From Marsupella aquatica (taxonomy: Eukaryota > Plantae > Marchantiophyta): 64,000 nucleotides of DNA. Shown here in pieces: positions 1 through 14,567 of the stretch (positions within the stretch are counted from its first letter, which is position 1; each line of letters starts with the position of its first letter). The position numbers were made by a program, and so were the translations under genes. Where the stretch lies: the NCBI GenBank assembly GCA_973895155.1, contig OZ316894.1:24736709-24800708 (forward strand), written 5' to 3'. The notes beneath the pieces were generated by a model. The model had not been told where the DNA came from. It saw only the letters and a list, made by a program, of their open reading frames with translations, and did no database searches.

Positions 1-2189
1 TAAACCAATAACTGCATCTAAAATTGTTTCTTGAACTTCTCCATATGATTGTGTTGTTAGGTCACACACATCTGACTCCTCAATTCCCAACCCTTGTACT
101 GCATGATTGACTGGATAAGTGCATGGAAGTACTCTTTGTACTTGTCCATTGCACTCATCAATAAATGCTTCTTGTGTATCCATTGCACTAAGTGATAAAT
201 GCATGTGTGTACTTACAAGAAAAATAACTCTAATTTGAGGGGAATCTGCCCACTGAACCATGGTACACTAAATCAATGAATGAGAGGAGGGTTTCATTTG
301 CTGATGCTGAGCAGAGGGATCTCTGTTGGCATTGTTGTGGGGGAGTCCTCAAGTACAGTAACATAGATTCATTGGATAAGTGCTAACATTGGATAAGTGC
401 TAACATTCCCTAGCCATTCCATGAAAAATTAAGTGTTGAGGCAAATTATTGGAACTACTAATAAATGTGTCCTTGAGACAGGCCTAAGATTTGCCTAATT
501 ACAAAATCAACTCTCTTAGTTGTAAGGCATGCCACTGTTCCTTTGTCATTGCATGGTACCATAGGGGAGAGTTGAAAGCACTCAAGCTATAACAAAAGTG
601 CTGCAAGTAGATCCCTGTGTAGAACATTTTATGTGAGAGTCTCATTCAAAGCATTGTTTGGGCTTGAAGGGACCAATTCAATCTGACCTCAAAGATTTTC
701 CTAAGTTAGTAAGAGATTCCTTCAATTGTAGTAGGAAGGAATTTTTTTTATCTCAGACTTTCAGGTCATTTATGTAATTTTGTAAGGTTGTTGATATCAT
801 TTTCCCTTGATTTTACGGGCTTAATGTTATGTTCATGTCATAATGATTTACCTCCAAGCTTGTGTGTGAGTTATCACGAGCAAGAGCCTCTCATTGTTTT
901 TTTTTAATGATTATCAGAATTTGCATTCATCTGTATCTTCCAGCTTTAATTGATAACACGAGGAAGGCTCACAGTAGTGCTTTATGCAAGACTCCCATTA
1001 ATGGGATATGTTGCTTTGAGGTATTGGGAGTGCTGAATCCTATATGTTTTGTTACATCAAAAGTTATTGAACACAACTTTTAGTGGGTTCAACAATAAGA
1101 ACTGGAATCTCAAAATTCCAACTCTTGACACTCCATTAGTGCCTTGCAAATCACTTGGGGATGAAATAATCCAACTTCCCCCCAAAAGAGTATAATTCCC
1201 AAAATTGATTCTGGCCTTGCAGCAAAGCCTTCATTTTGCTCAAATGATACATATTACATTGAAGAGTGAAATATGACAGAATAAGAGAGGATTTTGTATA
1301 TGGAAATGTGTAGCTCTCTCAATTCTTAATGAAAGTTGGCAACATTTGATTCCCTGAAAAAATCTTTCCAAGCCACTTCTAACAAAACCAAGAACAATCA
1401 AGTTCACTTTCTATCAAGGGAAAATTAATGGGAAAATTTTGTAAATAAAAACCTTTCTGAATTAAGTGGAAAGAGTGTATAATAAGTGAAACATGGTAGT
1501 CTTTGAAAATTATGCTCTCAATTCTTAACAAGACTTATGACATGAAACTTGCTGGGAAGATCTTTTCAAGTTGCTGCTCATGAACCCAAGTAAGCTGCGT
1601 GTTGGCCTGCAGACAAATTTAAGGTCAAAGTTTGCTGACAAATTTCTTTAAAAGTGAGGCGATGACAATGTAAAGGGTGTCACGGTCCATGGGGACTGTA
1701 TAGCTCACAAGCTTAGTCCTTCTGGGCTTCAGGTTCAGTCACTCAAGTAGTAAGGAGAATTACCCAGAGAATTATTTTCCTGCACAATTAAAAATCTCTG
1801 TAGAAAGGTAGACCTTATTGTCTATAGTCCAGTGCAAGCACCTCTAGGAGTATAGAGTCCATATGTGGCCAGGATGGGGCCTTAACATGCCAACTCCTGC
1901 CAAACTTGCCAAAGTCCACAGGCGAAATACACTGTCATCCCCAAATCCTCCTGCAACTTTACCTATGTGCAATCAACCAACACAGGCGAGAGTTGAACTT
2001 GTTGAATACCCGACCTACTGTTTTCTAGTGCTAGCCTGACCTTCAAACGGACGCTAGCACATGGTGTTTGGACAATCACACGCGACCATGTTGGAAAGTC
2101 ATGAGATTTTATGGTGTCCCGCTGGCCACTTCCCCTCATCACATCCTGGTTCTTTACAAGAGCCAAAATAAATAAATTCAGAAAGTCTT

Positions 2190-2835
2190 GGCACTGGTCA
2201 AACTCATCGGCATGCCACATTCCATGCACTGGCCCTATCCCATGCAAGAGAAAAATGGATTCACATTTGGGACCCCCTAGTGAATGGATGCACTTGTCAA
2301 CTGCATGCCACATTATGGGCACTGGCCCTATCCCATGCAAGAGAAAAATAATAGATCTACATTTGAGTCCCCTAGTGAATGGATGCACTGGTCAACCACA
2401 TGCCACATTATGGGCACTCGCCCTATCCAATGCAAGAGCAAAATAACAGATCCATATTTGAGTCCCCTGGATGCACCACTGGGGGCGTCCCAGCAAAATA
2501 TGTGACCCTGTGAGATGGCCCTATCCCGTGCAAGAGCCAAATAATAATAGATCCATATTTGAATCCCCTTGATGAATGGATACACCACTGGGTGCGTCCC
2601 AGCAAAATATATGCCCCTATGAGATGGCCCTATCCAGTGCAAGAGCCAAATTATGATAGATCCATATTTGACCCCTTGATGAATGGGTGCACCACTGGGT
2701 GCATCCGAGCCAACATATGCCCCTATGAGATGGCCCTATCCCGTGCAAGAGCGAAATAATAATAGCTCCGTATTTGAGTCCCCTTGATGAATGGATGCAC
2801 CACTGGCTGTGATCTAGCCAAATATATGCCCCTAT
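2190..2835. repeat. Tandem array of about 6 diverged 95-109 bp units
   Basis: The core (G/C)GCCCTATCC recurs at about 2231, 2325, 2420, 2517, 2626 and 2732, each followed by ..TGCAAGAG..AAAT..ATCCATATTTG..CCCC..GAATGGATGCAC. The overlapping ORFs here are by-products of the repeat. Confidence 0.9.
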
Positions 2836-5800
2836 AAGAGAGTTGTTGCCCCCATGGCCCCACCATGTACATTGGAGATGCTCTACAGCATGGAGGGCAA
2901 GAGAATCACCTGTGTTTGGACAGTCATGCCTTGGAAATGTCAGTTGTACATTCCAGGCAGTTAGGGTCCGGGATCTACCAGAGCACCGTTGCCACACATC
3001 GAACTCCTACACCGCACTAGTGTACAACTGCCTACCGGAGTCATGAAATCCGGGGGGCCGAAATGGAAGCTGTCTCGCTCTCGGCCGAGCAATTGCGCCC
3101 AGCCTCGAAAGCTCCAGAGAACAGCACCACAACCGAACATGGTGGGCGGACACCTGGTCAACCCATAGCAGGACAAACAACCGCCCATGTCTCTGCCCAT
3201 TTACACTCATGCAGGGAGCATCGTCGTACGCTATTTTCTGAGTTTTTTGGCATACTAGGGAAACTTACTAAAATACCCTTATCAGTACCTTCACCAACCC
3301 TACTGCAATTTTTGGGGGTTTTGATTATTTTAGAATTTTAATTAATTTTTTATTCGAGTCATTGAGTATCCCAAATGAAAATGTGGAATATACTGTGTGT
3401 ATTCATTGATCTGAAAAAAATAGCAAGGTATATCATGGTAGGGAGGGATGTAGTACATGTACACCATATGTATATCATATACCATTGACTTTGGAGCTCA
3501 GGAAAATTTGAACCTCGGTTGTCCATCTGAAACCTGGATCTACCAAGTTCTATCGTACATAGGACCATAAAGGATGGTGTAATTTGCGTTTCTGGTCTCA
3601 GTGGCAGTTTAAGGGTAATTTGGATTCCTATGTTTTGTAAACTTAAACCCTAACCCTGAAAAAAAGCGGTGAGTACAAAGCACCTGAAACCAGAACTCCA
3701 AACAATCATGTATCAATTAGACACCTTAAACCTGAAAGGCTGCCAAAAAAATTCCCGCCCCAAAGTATCAATTTGGAATGTAATTGCAAGCAGTAAACCA
3801 CATATTTTCCAATCCGCCACTTTAGTTCAAGGAAAACCTTCATGAGGATGACTCGAACAAAACCCTTAGAGACCCTTGACCCCTGGTTGTCGACTTTGTG
3901 GCCCTGCTTTAATCCTCTCTCCCTCCTAGCACAGATCCCTGTCGGATCCATGGGGGCTCACCCTGAAATGTGTTTCCTACAAAGAAAGTGTCACTCTTGG
4001 GGGCGGGGAGGGACTACTAAGTGTTCTTCCCCATTTCAGTTCAAGACAAAAAGGAAAACCTTAGAGACACCCTATTAGTCATGATGGGAGTGTTGCAAGT
4101 CAGGAGGTGTAAGTAAACATGTAAAGCATTCAAAACCCTAAGCCCTACAGCGATTGGCCGAGAATCGCAGCGCGTGGCATACCAAGCCACCATCCCGACG
4201 AATGCGGGCAGACCGGGTGGGTGACTGGGCGCCCACAGACAGATCCCCTCCCCTGATGGGCTATGCTGCCAGCACTACGCTTTACAATCGGCAAAGTACA
4301 TTCTGTACACTGATGTATTATACCATATTATATATATACACACAGTAATGTACCATACCATAAGGTGATGTATTATTACAGTACACTGCCAAAGATCCTG
4401 ACTGGGTTTTCTGCCTGGACCAACCATCTTTTTTCTTATTTTGTCAAAGTGGAGAGCCACTAATTTCCAAAGAAGGCTGTCTTTCTTTCCTGGCTACATT
4501 TTTAAAAACAATTCTGAACCTGCCTTCCTAGGAAAGTCATTTATGGTAACCGATTGGTCGAGTCAATTGATGCTCTTTTTTGGGGTTTCATTGTTTAAAA
4601 TGTTGGACCTGCGTTTGTAAGAAATCATTGACTGTCACTCTTTGGGTCCGGCCATTCAATGTTGTCAGTGATGGGTTGATGGGCAAGGTGTGGTTGTCAA
4701 GACATGTGGGTGTATGACTTTACATTTCCAAATGCTACCCAGGGTGCGCAAATACACACAAGTGTAGATTTTGCTTGACATTCAGTTAGTTGTTCGAGCA
4801 AGCATAGCCCAGCAGTAGCAGTCTTCCGTGCAGCAAGACAATGAGGTTCCCAGTTTGAGCTTCAATAGTAGACCAGCTTTTGCACAAACACTCATCCCAA
4901 AGTGGGGTTCACCAACCCCCTTTGCACACAAAACACTTGACACTTCAAATCTCCAACAACATTAAGAATAGGCAGGATACAAACTTGGCTATTGGATTTT
5001 TGAGAATCTGACAGTCCACCAAAGCATCTAAAAAAATAGCAACCATGATGTCATTGTGCCATTTTCTTCCTTTTGTATCCAAAGGATGGAAGCAAAAAGA
5101 GGGTTAGATACTTGCTACCCACATTTCTTGAGAATATTTCATATTGCAGCAAAAATTTTGGGACATAGATCCAACGTGGGCTTGTAGCTAAGATAAAGAT
5201 ATTTCCAATGTCTTTCCTTGAAGTCTACTGTAGTTGAACAAAGACAATAATGTTAGTTTTTTACTGAAGCAGAGGAGGGAGTACTAGCAGGGCCTGAAAA
5301 GTTGAACCTGTATTTGGGGTAAGATGGGCATGAATTATGACCATTAATCTTGACTATAGAGTAAACTATGTTATGGGGATGGGTGAAAACTACAGGTGTG
5401 AGGGATGGAGGGAGAAGTACTACTCACAAAGGAGTAGAACATTCCTACAGTATCTGTGATAAATAATTTCGCTACACAGACCTGATTATCTCAGGTGACA
5501 AGAATTCCCTTCCTCCCATTCACCCAGATGATGAACCTCTATGTTTGCCAAAATGCTCCCATGCATTTTTGCAACATGGATGGACCACATTTTACTCACA
5601 ATGTCACTGACAGAGAATATTCCTAATTTGTCCATGGCAGTTTAGTTCTTTCCATGGGAGCATCCTTTTCTCCCACTCAGTTCTAGAAACTTTGAAAGCT
5701 AGCCTGGATGGAGCTCTAGGTTGTCAAAGTGGTCTCATGGATTTTCAAACCCATATGGATCACATTTTACCCCTAATGTCAGAGAGAGTGTTCCTAATTA

Positions 5801-6138
5801 GCCAAGCCGTGAGTTGGTTTCTGCAAATAATAAATAGCTGATCACAGATAGTGTTTTAAGTATAAATATGATGGCCAACAGTTGGACACTCCCTCAAGTC
5901 AACCAGTAGGCCTGGCATATGGATTTCAAGGAGTGTATGCATGAGCTGTGGGAAGAGTGACGGTTTGGCATGGAAACTGTGCACCATGACACACTTTTAT
6001 GTGTATCTCATGGTTAAGAAAAATGTTCATGACATTTCATAAAAAGACAATGAGAGAGTTAGAACAAAATGGCATATTATAAGGTTGATGTTTATTAGAT
6101 ACACTTACTCTGGTGGCAATAGAGGTTTATGCTTGATG

Positions 6139-6262
6139 GACTCACAAAATGAAAAGTGTAACTTGATAGGATCAATGAGGAATTTAGACTGTTGATAGGC
6201 CTTAAATCAACGTACCCAAGATCTTCAGGGGTACATCAAGTAACACTTGTCTATTTGGGTCC
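6139..6262. mobile_element. MITE-like foldback element (same family as 18771-18921)
   Basis: Imperfect inverted ends AAAATGAAAAGTGTAACTTGAT / ATCAAGTAACACTTGTCTATTT. Internal CCTTAAATCAACGTACCCAAGATCT matches the reverse complement of 18836-18860. Confidence 0.6.
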
Positions 6263-7854
6263 ATCAAACAAATACCTCCATCACTATGATAAGTACTTAT
6301 AAACCTGGAACAGAAGTTAGAGTTGGGGTCTAGATTTCTAGTGTGAAGTCTCTAAACTGGGACTCTAGGGTCCCACCATGTGATGGTGAATATGATGTAT
6401 GTTAAATGATGATCTATGATTTTTGTCATGTGTTCCCTTTTAAATGAAAGAATGTGCATTCAGGCTAATATGATAAGAAATAAGAATGTTATTGACTGTT
6501 TACACCAAAAATAACAATGTACAGCTATTCAACGAAAAACGAAAAGCCTACTGTAGAGAAAGGCCCGTAGAAGTGTACTTCCACGAAGGAGCTGAAGCTT
6601 AGTAGAGAAAATGACTGACGAGCTCGACGACAATCTTTTCATGGTACAACTCACCACAGACTACAGTATGGTGGGAGATACTGTGCATGATGAAATGCTG
6701 CCATCAGTTTTTGCCTAGAACATATCGACCTTCGGAGCCAATGAGATCCCGTACTTCGGATTCTAAAAGATGCTTTTCCTGTGGTGTGGTTTGGCCTCGA
6801 AGTGTTCGTCAAACCGCCTTGATTCCCATTCCCCTTATATTTCCTTTTGTGGTTCGTTTGCCAATTCTGACGGTGTCATCATACTGTCTCGAGACCCAAC
6901 TACCCAAGTGACTAGGCGGAACGTGAGACGACGACGATGCCAGATGGAGGAGCAGGAGCACAGCAATGCAGGCGAGGAAAGGTGGCAAGGTGGCATGTCG
7001 GGAGAGAGACTACAATCAGGAATTTCAGTAGCGGTGGTAAGAGGCCGAGAGCAATTGAATGGAATAAAGCCTACTCCCTTCCATTTAATTTAATGTAGTT
7101 TGCTCTACTGGAATGAAATCAGTTCGACTGCAGACTAGAACGCAAAATAATAGAGAAGCGTGGCGACGACACAACGCTGCTCTGTCATGCGTCAATTCGG
7201 AATATTCTTGAAAAGTGCTAATTTAACGTGCTTCGTGATACTCAGGAGACCTGTTCATGATGTTGTGTGCTCCCCAATACTGCGACATCGTCTATTTAAG
7301 TTACACCTCGTTGTGGTGGTCTGTTGCATCTGTAAGTGATGTCTGTGTTGCATCTGTAAGTGGTGTCTGCGCTTGTTGAAAAACGATCAAGCTTGCTTCT
7401 GTGTTGGAGAAGCTTGAGATTTGCTAACAACCGAATCAAATTTCCTTGGACATCGCTTTGAAGACCTGTGTCCAGCTCTGTGAAAAGAGTGACCGGGGGG
7501 ATGAATTTTTAAGATTGGGGACACCAAAATGGCTGTATTGACTAGGGGTCGTACGTGGTCTTTCTCTGTCGTTCGTTGTGCGCACACAAGAAAAAATACT
7601 TTTGCATCCTTGTGGCATTTTCAGAGAAATCACGGACATATCGCTGATTACGAAGTTGTTCTCTCTTTGACAGTGAATCTGACAGATATTTTGACTGCCT
7701 CGAGCAATTCTAGAAAGGTTTAGTTAATTGTACACACACGCAGACCGAATGATTTTGCAAAACTTTAATGTATATAATGGTTTACCAAGACAAAAGACCT
7801 CTCCTCAAACTTCGTATCTCCATGGAAATCCATGTAATAACTTTAAGAAACCGT

Positions 7855-8190
7855 TTTACATGGATTTGATTTCCAGAATAATATCCATGCAAATCTTTCA
7901 ATTTGTGCTTCTTTATCATGTCACTTTTGTCAAGAAATTGTCGTGTTGGGTTAAGCAAGAATTTTTATATGGATTTGATTGTCAAAAAAGTTTACTATTT
8001 CATTTTGTATTTCACTTTGTGCTGCTTTTGTCATGTCATGCCACTTTTTGTCAAGAAAGAGTTATGTCAGAGTGGTTAAGGAAGTTTTTTAACATGGATT
8101 TGATTGTCAAAAACATTTCCATGAAAATCTTTCATTTGGTGTGGCTTTTGTCTTGTCCTGCCTCTTTTGTCAAGAAAAAGTCACCAATGA
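7855..8190. repeat. Three diverged ~110-125 bp units of a dispersed repeat; related units in reverse orientation at ~32660-32975
   Basis: ATGGATTTGAT(T/G)..CAAAA...TTTCA..TTGTG..TT.TCATG recurs three times. The reverse-complement-like CATGAAATGAAGAAGCA..AAAAGATTTGCATGAAAA..AAATC is at 32672 onward. Confidence 0.6.
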
Positions 8191-9824
8191 GTCATTTCTG
8201 GTCAAGCAAGTTTACTGATGCGTTGTTCTCCAAAGATGCACAAAAGAGACATCAAATGAAGCCCGAGTATATTGATAGGATTAATATACCGCAATCTTTA
8301 AAAGCATGTGCAGCCCATCAAAGCCATCAGCAGGCATGGCCGAGTTGTAGCTCACTTGAGTAGAGACTCATAGATCTTGAGTTTAAATGTTGTAACTGGC
8401 TGTTGTTTCCTTTTCTGTGGAGTTTCATGGATTTCGTGGTTGTTCGAGGTTTTGCGAGATTGCACAAACATTTTTTTTCACATTTTTGTCTCGTACTACA
8501 ACATAAGTGTGAAACAATCATGGCATCTGGGTACAACACTGGGAAGACAATTATACACGCTTTTATCAGGTACTATGAAAGTATATGATGATTAGGGGTC
8601 AAACTTAGGGGGATTCTGGAAATGGAGCAAATGACCTCAAAAATCATTCTGGAAATTTTTTGATTCTGAGCTTACGCAGACCCAAAAATACTCCAAAACA
8701 TTGGACAATGGTGCCAAAATTCAACTGTAAGAATCTGTCGTGAAATTGCAAGTAAGTCCTCTAGTCACACTTCAAATATGCCCTATGCACTCACAAAGTT
8801 GACGATGACTTGAGGATTCTCTTAAGCAACGGGCTTGAAACCACGAGTGGGAGCACTGCTGTGGGGGAGATGTTCTCCAAAAGTTGGCCATTCATACTTA
8901 GCCGATTGGGGCAGAACAATGTGATTCCAGTGTATCAAGCCTATAACAATTGTAACAATCCATTCCAGTTGCCATGGACAACATGCTAGTCCATCCTGGC
9001 ATTACTCTCCCATAAGAGCTCAATGGGTTTGTTTTGGCACATATATTTAGGGGCTGGAAGTTGGGGATTGTCTTAATGCTACCTGACAGGAGCCCCATAG
9101 GGTGGTTGCACACGTATACTTCTGAATACCCATCGGTTTTGATCAAACATTCTTTAAAAGGTTGAGACAGCTGATAAAAAGCAAAAACTTAGGGCTATGA
9201 AGTAGGAGGACAAGGTCCTCAAGCGATTGAGCAGGTATAAAATTGACACCCGCTATTTACTCCATACAAACCTCCTGAAAATCTGTATTACAAATCTCGA
9301 AACACCCTCTTAATTGCAATTGAATGCTAAGGAAGCAAACTCCAGAATGACTGTTCTTTCGTATCTGACAAGGAGTATAAACTAAAAATTTACATCCAGT
9401 CTTTTTAAAGGATACCAAACTGCTTCTCCCTGAATTCCAGTCCGCCCACAAAAAACATAATCTGCATGGTGCATACTTGCAGCAACTTGCAGCCATGTCT
9501 TCTACCAGCATGGACAGTTGTGTGGAGTCCCACCATCTCCCGTGGTCCAGCCTTTAAATATCCTCTTAGTTCCTCAGTACCTCTATATTTCGCCCGTACC
9601 CCCAAAATTGGTTTTCCTTCGTAAATGAATGTTTACTGATCTAAAATTGAAGAGGTTGCCGTCAAGGTCGCCTCGTCAAACGGTGAATCAGAACTTTGAA
9701 CTGCCAGAATCGTGGGCAACAATTGGGTTTTCATCCTGTTTGTGCTGTCTATCTATCAATGACATAGTGTTTGGGTGTAAAACTACGTTAGCGTGCTAGG
9801 AATGTTTCGTGCCTCATTAACATT

Positions 9825-12520
9825 TCATGCTTCCAAGGGATGTACTGGTTCTTTGTCCCCAGAACTTTCCGCCACCTCTTTGGATGCACTTACTGGAAAG
9901 CTGGACGTGAAATCAATGTTTCCTGACATGAGAGATTCGCTATCTGGACACCATCACAGCCAAAAGCACCAGCTATAAGTGTTTAGATCATCAACCATGC
10001 AACAAATCTCCAACATTTGGATCCGCTATGGTTTTAGAATGACATTCCAGTCACTCCAGAGGGAAAATGTGAATTTCTGGAAGTCCCTTTAGTCAAGAGA
10101 AGAACGTCTACATCCTATGAAAGACTGAAATTGTTTGGAGTGAGTTGAGTTTACCTGTCAAGGCCAGGCATGCAGCTTCCCGCCGAACATATCTTGCAAG
10201 AGACTGAAGAAAAACTTATATTAAATGAATATGAAAGATTCACGAAGCCATAAGGCCGCTGGATGAGACTCGGATGATAAGATGAAGGCTTCACAGGATA
10301 AAGCAACCCTTGACTGAAGAAATGGCTGTTTTGATTCAGAACATTGAAAGATCAGTCATCCACGATGATCACCCTAAACCCTAAAAGGATTATCCTTGAG
10401 TTATTTGATTTTGACGCAAGCAAGAGAAACAGAGGAGATTACAACCTTGACTGGTGCTGTTTCAGCTCCTGATGGCATGAGAGAGTCATCTTCAGCATAG
10501 ATATTTCTGCTCATTGACAATTCCAAATAGGTCAAAACACATCCCTACAAACCACGCAAAATCATCTTGTGGGAGAGCATGTTCGCCTACAGAATGAAAT
10601 CCTACTTGTTGATTCAGCTTTTTGGTTCAGAACAAATCACAGAACTAAGTCATGACATACTAGAGTACACTCTCAGTCTGACATTCCTTGGAAATTGATG
10701 AAACAGACCTCAATCCAAACATCGTGTAGCAAATGAGGGGGACACACACCTCCATAATGCACGAGCAAGCTCATCCTTCGGGGCAGATGAAACCATTGCT
10801 GCATCATATGCCGCAACAGCACCATAAAAGTTTTTTTCCAGCTCTTTCATCCACTTCGAGATCAGCATCTTGACCTGTTTCGACAGTTTCATAATCCGCA
10901 GATGAAACTCAGTCGACCATTGGACACTTGATTATTGAAATCTCTCATCGTGGGTCGATTCCTGCTCAACCGCTCTGCCAAGGATAGATTTAGCACATCC
11001 TACGATGTGCTGCAACCTAAAGGTGAAAAAACCTAGGACCTCACAGAAAGCTTAAATGAATGTTAGCCCCAAGCATCCACAGTTGATACTAAGCTTTCGC
11101 TTCAGTGGACGAGGAAATCGGAGACAAAACTAGAGCACTTTGACAAGGTTTCTGGTCATGAGAACCCACCCCTGCTGCCACAATTCGTTTCTCAAGGTCG
11201 TGGTTGAACAGCTCATAAAGAGCCTGTCCCACCTTAGTTCCATCTTGGCCTTCCGAGCGGAGTCTCACGAGAGTCAGCCACACATGCAAGAGCAACATTG
11301 CATGGGTCGTCCTGAAAGATTTTTCCAGGACAAAACCTGTTGTTGGCTTCCATCAGAAACAACTCTACTCCACCCAATACATGTTTCTACGATAGGGCGG
11401 TAAATTTAATCCCGTTCCTAATCTCAAGGCTAGGAAACATACAAGACCAAAACCAAGCCGCTCATCATACATAATTATGTTGCAACAGGGGCGTCACACA
11501 TTTTGTTATTCAAGTAGCAAAATGGCATATAAGGCGATGAAATTTCGTCACAAACTTTATGCCCCACACCACATGTCTAGTTACCTAACAGGTGAATACC
11601 CTGCCATTCTAAGACATTGACAAAGTTTACACCTTTCATAATAATTACACAAAGTAAACCTAATTGTGATCAAGTTTCAGTGAAAGTTACACTGTTCATT
11701 CGCCCTCTCCCATCTGGCAGAACTAACAGCTTATGGGAAGAATGAGTTAGAGTGACATACTTGCATACAACTCAGGGCGCTCCACATGGTTACTTATTCG
11801 TGAATAGAGGATCTTAGATCCTCGAATAAGTTGGCTCTCCCTACTGTAGAACCCCAGGAGCTTCAGGGCTATTCCGGAGAACCCCACCGGTGGGGGATCC
11901 ACCACCTTCAAAGGCGAGCCTTCATCCAGACTTAGAGGTTTTGCTTTGGAGAAAAATAAAAGATTCTGTTTCTGCAAACAAAATCAGTCCTTACCTTTAG
12001 TTCCCGCAGATATTGGTTGTGTATTGCAATGAATAAATAAATTGAATGTCCACGGCTACTCAAGAGGGTTATGTGAACAAGAATGCATAAAGGTTACTGA
12101 AAGCAAAGGAGACCAGGATGGAGGTCAGCAAACAGGTAACCATCTAATAAGCAGGTCCCTAATCTGTGGAAGGTGTGTGAAGCTGTGACCAACGAATTAT
12201 TCGGAAGCCGGTTGTTGCGAGTCTCAGATTTAGTGGCTACAATCTAGTCGATCGCTATCCTTAACATTGAAAGTACTCATACAACGAAAAGAGATCAAAA
12301 CAGATCGAGTGCCGTAAGCAACAGCAGAGCCCACCTTATCTTCATTAGAAATCGTCGAGACCTCAACATCTCGTGGAGCAGTCGCAGCAGTGGCAGCTTC
12401 AGAATATGGGCGTGACAAGATTGAAGACACTGCTGCTCTGCTTAGCCTGCCTAGGCCGCCCACTGCTCGAAGATTCTTCTGCTGTTCCCGAATTATCCCA
12501 TAACCCACCTTGGCCAGCAT
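9825..12520 (-). CDS. UQCC1: Ubiquinol-cytochrome c reductase complex chaperone (CBP3/UQCC1 family), mitochondrial, ~305 aa
   Basis: Exons 12520-12335, 11971-11761, 11336-11170, 10874-10750, 10506-10446, 10203-10155, 9943-9825. All introns GT-AG and in phase (918 nt). Family motifs: GFYSRESQLIRG, LLLHVWLTLVRLR, LYELFNHDLEKR, KWMKELEKNFYG, ARYVRRE. The N-terminus is Arg/Ser/Ala-rich, like a mitochondrial presequence. Confidence 0.93.
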
Positions 12521-14468
12521 TGTTGTATCCCTAAATTCTAAACCCTAACTCTCAAATTCTCGTCCCCAGAATTCTCATGGGCCCCAAATTCCAGCACATG
12601 GAGAAGTTGACTCCAATTCAAGAAGAAGAGTTTCTGATCTCGTGTGACCTCGTCGAGGAGCCCTAAAGCAAGGTGCTCTACGCTGTCCTCAACAATCAAG
12701 ACACAATTGCCTATCCCACAAATTCAATTGCACCAACCAAGATGTGACTTACTAACGAACAAGATTTGAATCTTCCAGCAGCCCTGGTGATTGAGCTCAT
12801 GAAGGAACCAAGAAGTTTATGAAGCTCCTCAAGACTACAACCGTCTGCAATGCCCACTTTCCCTCTGCAGAGAATGTGAGCTGATTCAGTCATATACTCA
12901 TGTTCCGTTCGAAGCCTTTTCCAGTTTTCAAAAGGATCAGAGGACGTGGACCTCCTCTTTCCTCATGAATCTCACACCTAAAGCGCATTGAGTCATAACG
13001 GTGGTGCAAAGTAGACTACTCAATACAAAGGATTATTGGCTGTAGGTTAAATTAAACAAAGTTTTGTGAGTAGGATTTCCAATTATTAGACTTCTTGAAA
13101 TTTAAAGCCAGGCTAAACCTAAGGGTCGTTAATACTTTTGCAACCCAAAAGGCCGCGGAGAAATACTCTGCTTAAGCATTTATCAAACATTATAATAAAT
13201 CCTCTGTTTGAGCAAGTATCAAACACTATAATATCCTATCCCGCCTGTTTGGGGATTCGTTTGTTTATCAAATGTCATCTGGGTGAGAAGAAATCACTAA
13301 TCCTCTGTCTGCCGATTAGGTTTTTTTTGTCACCATTTGATTGGCCACAACCACCTCCCTGCACACTCTTGTGTTCACTCGCCTTCCATGCCTCACCCTC
13401 AACTATCCATACGTCACCATCGTGTAATATGCCGGCATTGGGGTTGTAGTGCATATTACACCTATTAGTGAAATGTGGCAAGAAAACAAGAGTACCTTTA
13501 GAATTTGTAGGTCTCTCAATCCTCAATAAAATTTTGAATGTGATTGGTTCATTGTGTTCAATGGAAAGATTTTTCCTAGTGCTTTCTGATTTACCCCAAA
13601 AAATCTTAAATCATCCTCTCAAGTTTGAGAAGTACAAACTTCCCCCTCACTACTTCAATTTTCAGGAATTCTTTAAGGTCAGATTTGCTTTCAACCCAGA
13701 TCTAAAGAGCAAGCATATCAATTGAAATCTGACATGAATTTCTCTACGCAGAAATCTGCTTGGTATAATTTTGTTTCAACTCCCATGCCTTCCTGTCCAC
13801 CACAAGTTGATCACAAAATGGCTAAGGAACAGTTACAGTCCATACAGCTAGGAAGAGTATTTTTTTGTGAGCTGCCAATTTTTTAGAGTATTTTCATCTG
13901 ATTGTGGCTACTTGAGGGGCAATTTGAAAATCACCCTTGTTTTTTTATTCAAGGTTATGGGCCATCACCCCCTAGTGGATCAGCTTGGCTGGGGGGATAC
14001 CCTGATTTAAATCTCTGTTTTACTAGCACGGGCCAAGAATGCAACTCCCCCAAGCATAGGTTTTCAATCCTCACTTATCAAGTTTGTCCTAGGTAACACA
14101 TCTCATTGCCTATAACCCCTTTGCTGACTGCACTTGGAGATTACAGCCCACAACTTCTTCTTTTTTTAAATAGCCCATAACTCTCTTGAAGGGATGGGTT
14201 ATCCTATGCAAGATCAATTAGTCATTGGCTCACCATTTGATCCCATGCTGAGTTATGCTCCTCTCAACTTCAATTTAGAGCTACTCCTAGTGAGTCGCAG
14301 TCCATCTCCAGGTCTGTATATTGTAGATGTAGATCCCTGCAATGGCACCATTAGTGGAGATGCAAGGATTAGTTGTGAGAGGGGACACTTGTAGGACCCT
14401 AGTTCCATCCCGTTTTTGTGGTCTTTTCATATTGTCAAATGTAGTGGGGGTGGTGCTTACTTTTCTTT

Positions 14469-14567
14469 TTTTAATCTCTAGTTGTAAAATGCTTTCTTGT
14501 GGTGGGCGCCCCCTGTTTTGTTTCAGTTTTAATCTCTAGTTGCAAAATGCATTCTTGTGGTGGGCAG
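14469..14567. repeat. Direct duplication of ~40 bp
   Basis: TTTAATCTCTAGTTG(T/C)AAAATGC(T/A)TTCTTGTGGTGGGC occurs twice. Confidence 0.75.

Noticed and set aside
2190-2835. CRISPR-like periodic repeat
   Set aside because: The context is eukaryotic, the sequences between the cores are themselves homologous (no unique spacers), and there are no cas genes.
3646-3657. Telomere-like AAACCCTAAACCCT
   Set aside because: Only two units, a common interstitial telo-box.
4801-4870. Degenerate tRNA/SINE head (TAGCCCAGCAGTAG ... AGTTTGAGC)
   Set aside because: The boxes are too degenerate, and no cloverleaf, tail or TSD could be established.
7728-8363. 211-aa ORF
   Set aside because: It starts at TTG, is made of tandem repeat units and has no recognisable domain.
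11972-12030. Strong donor AAG|GTAAGG 23 nt upstream of the UQCC1 exon-2 acceptor (extra exon?)
   Set aside because: The intron would be only 23 nt and no convincing acceptor lies upstream. The gene is in frame without it.
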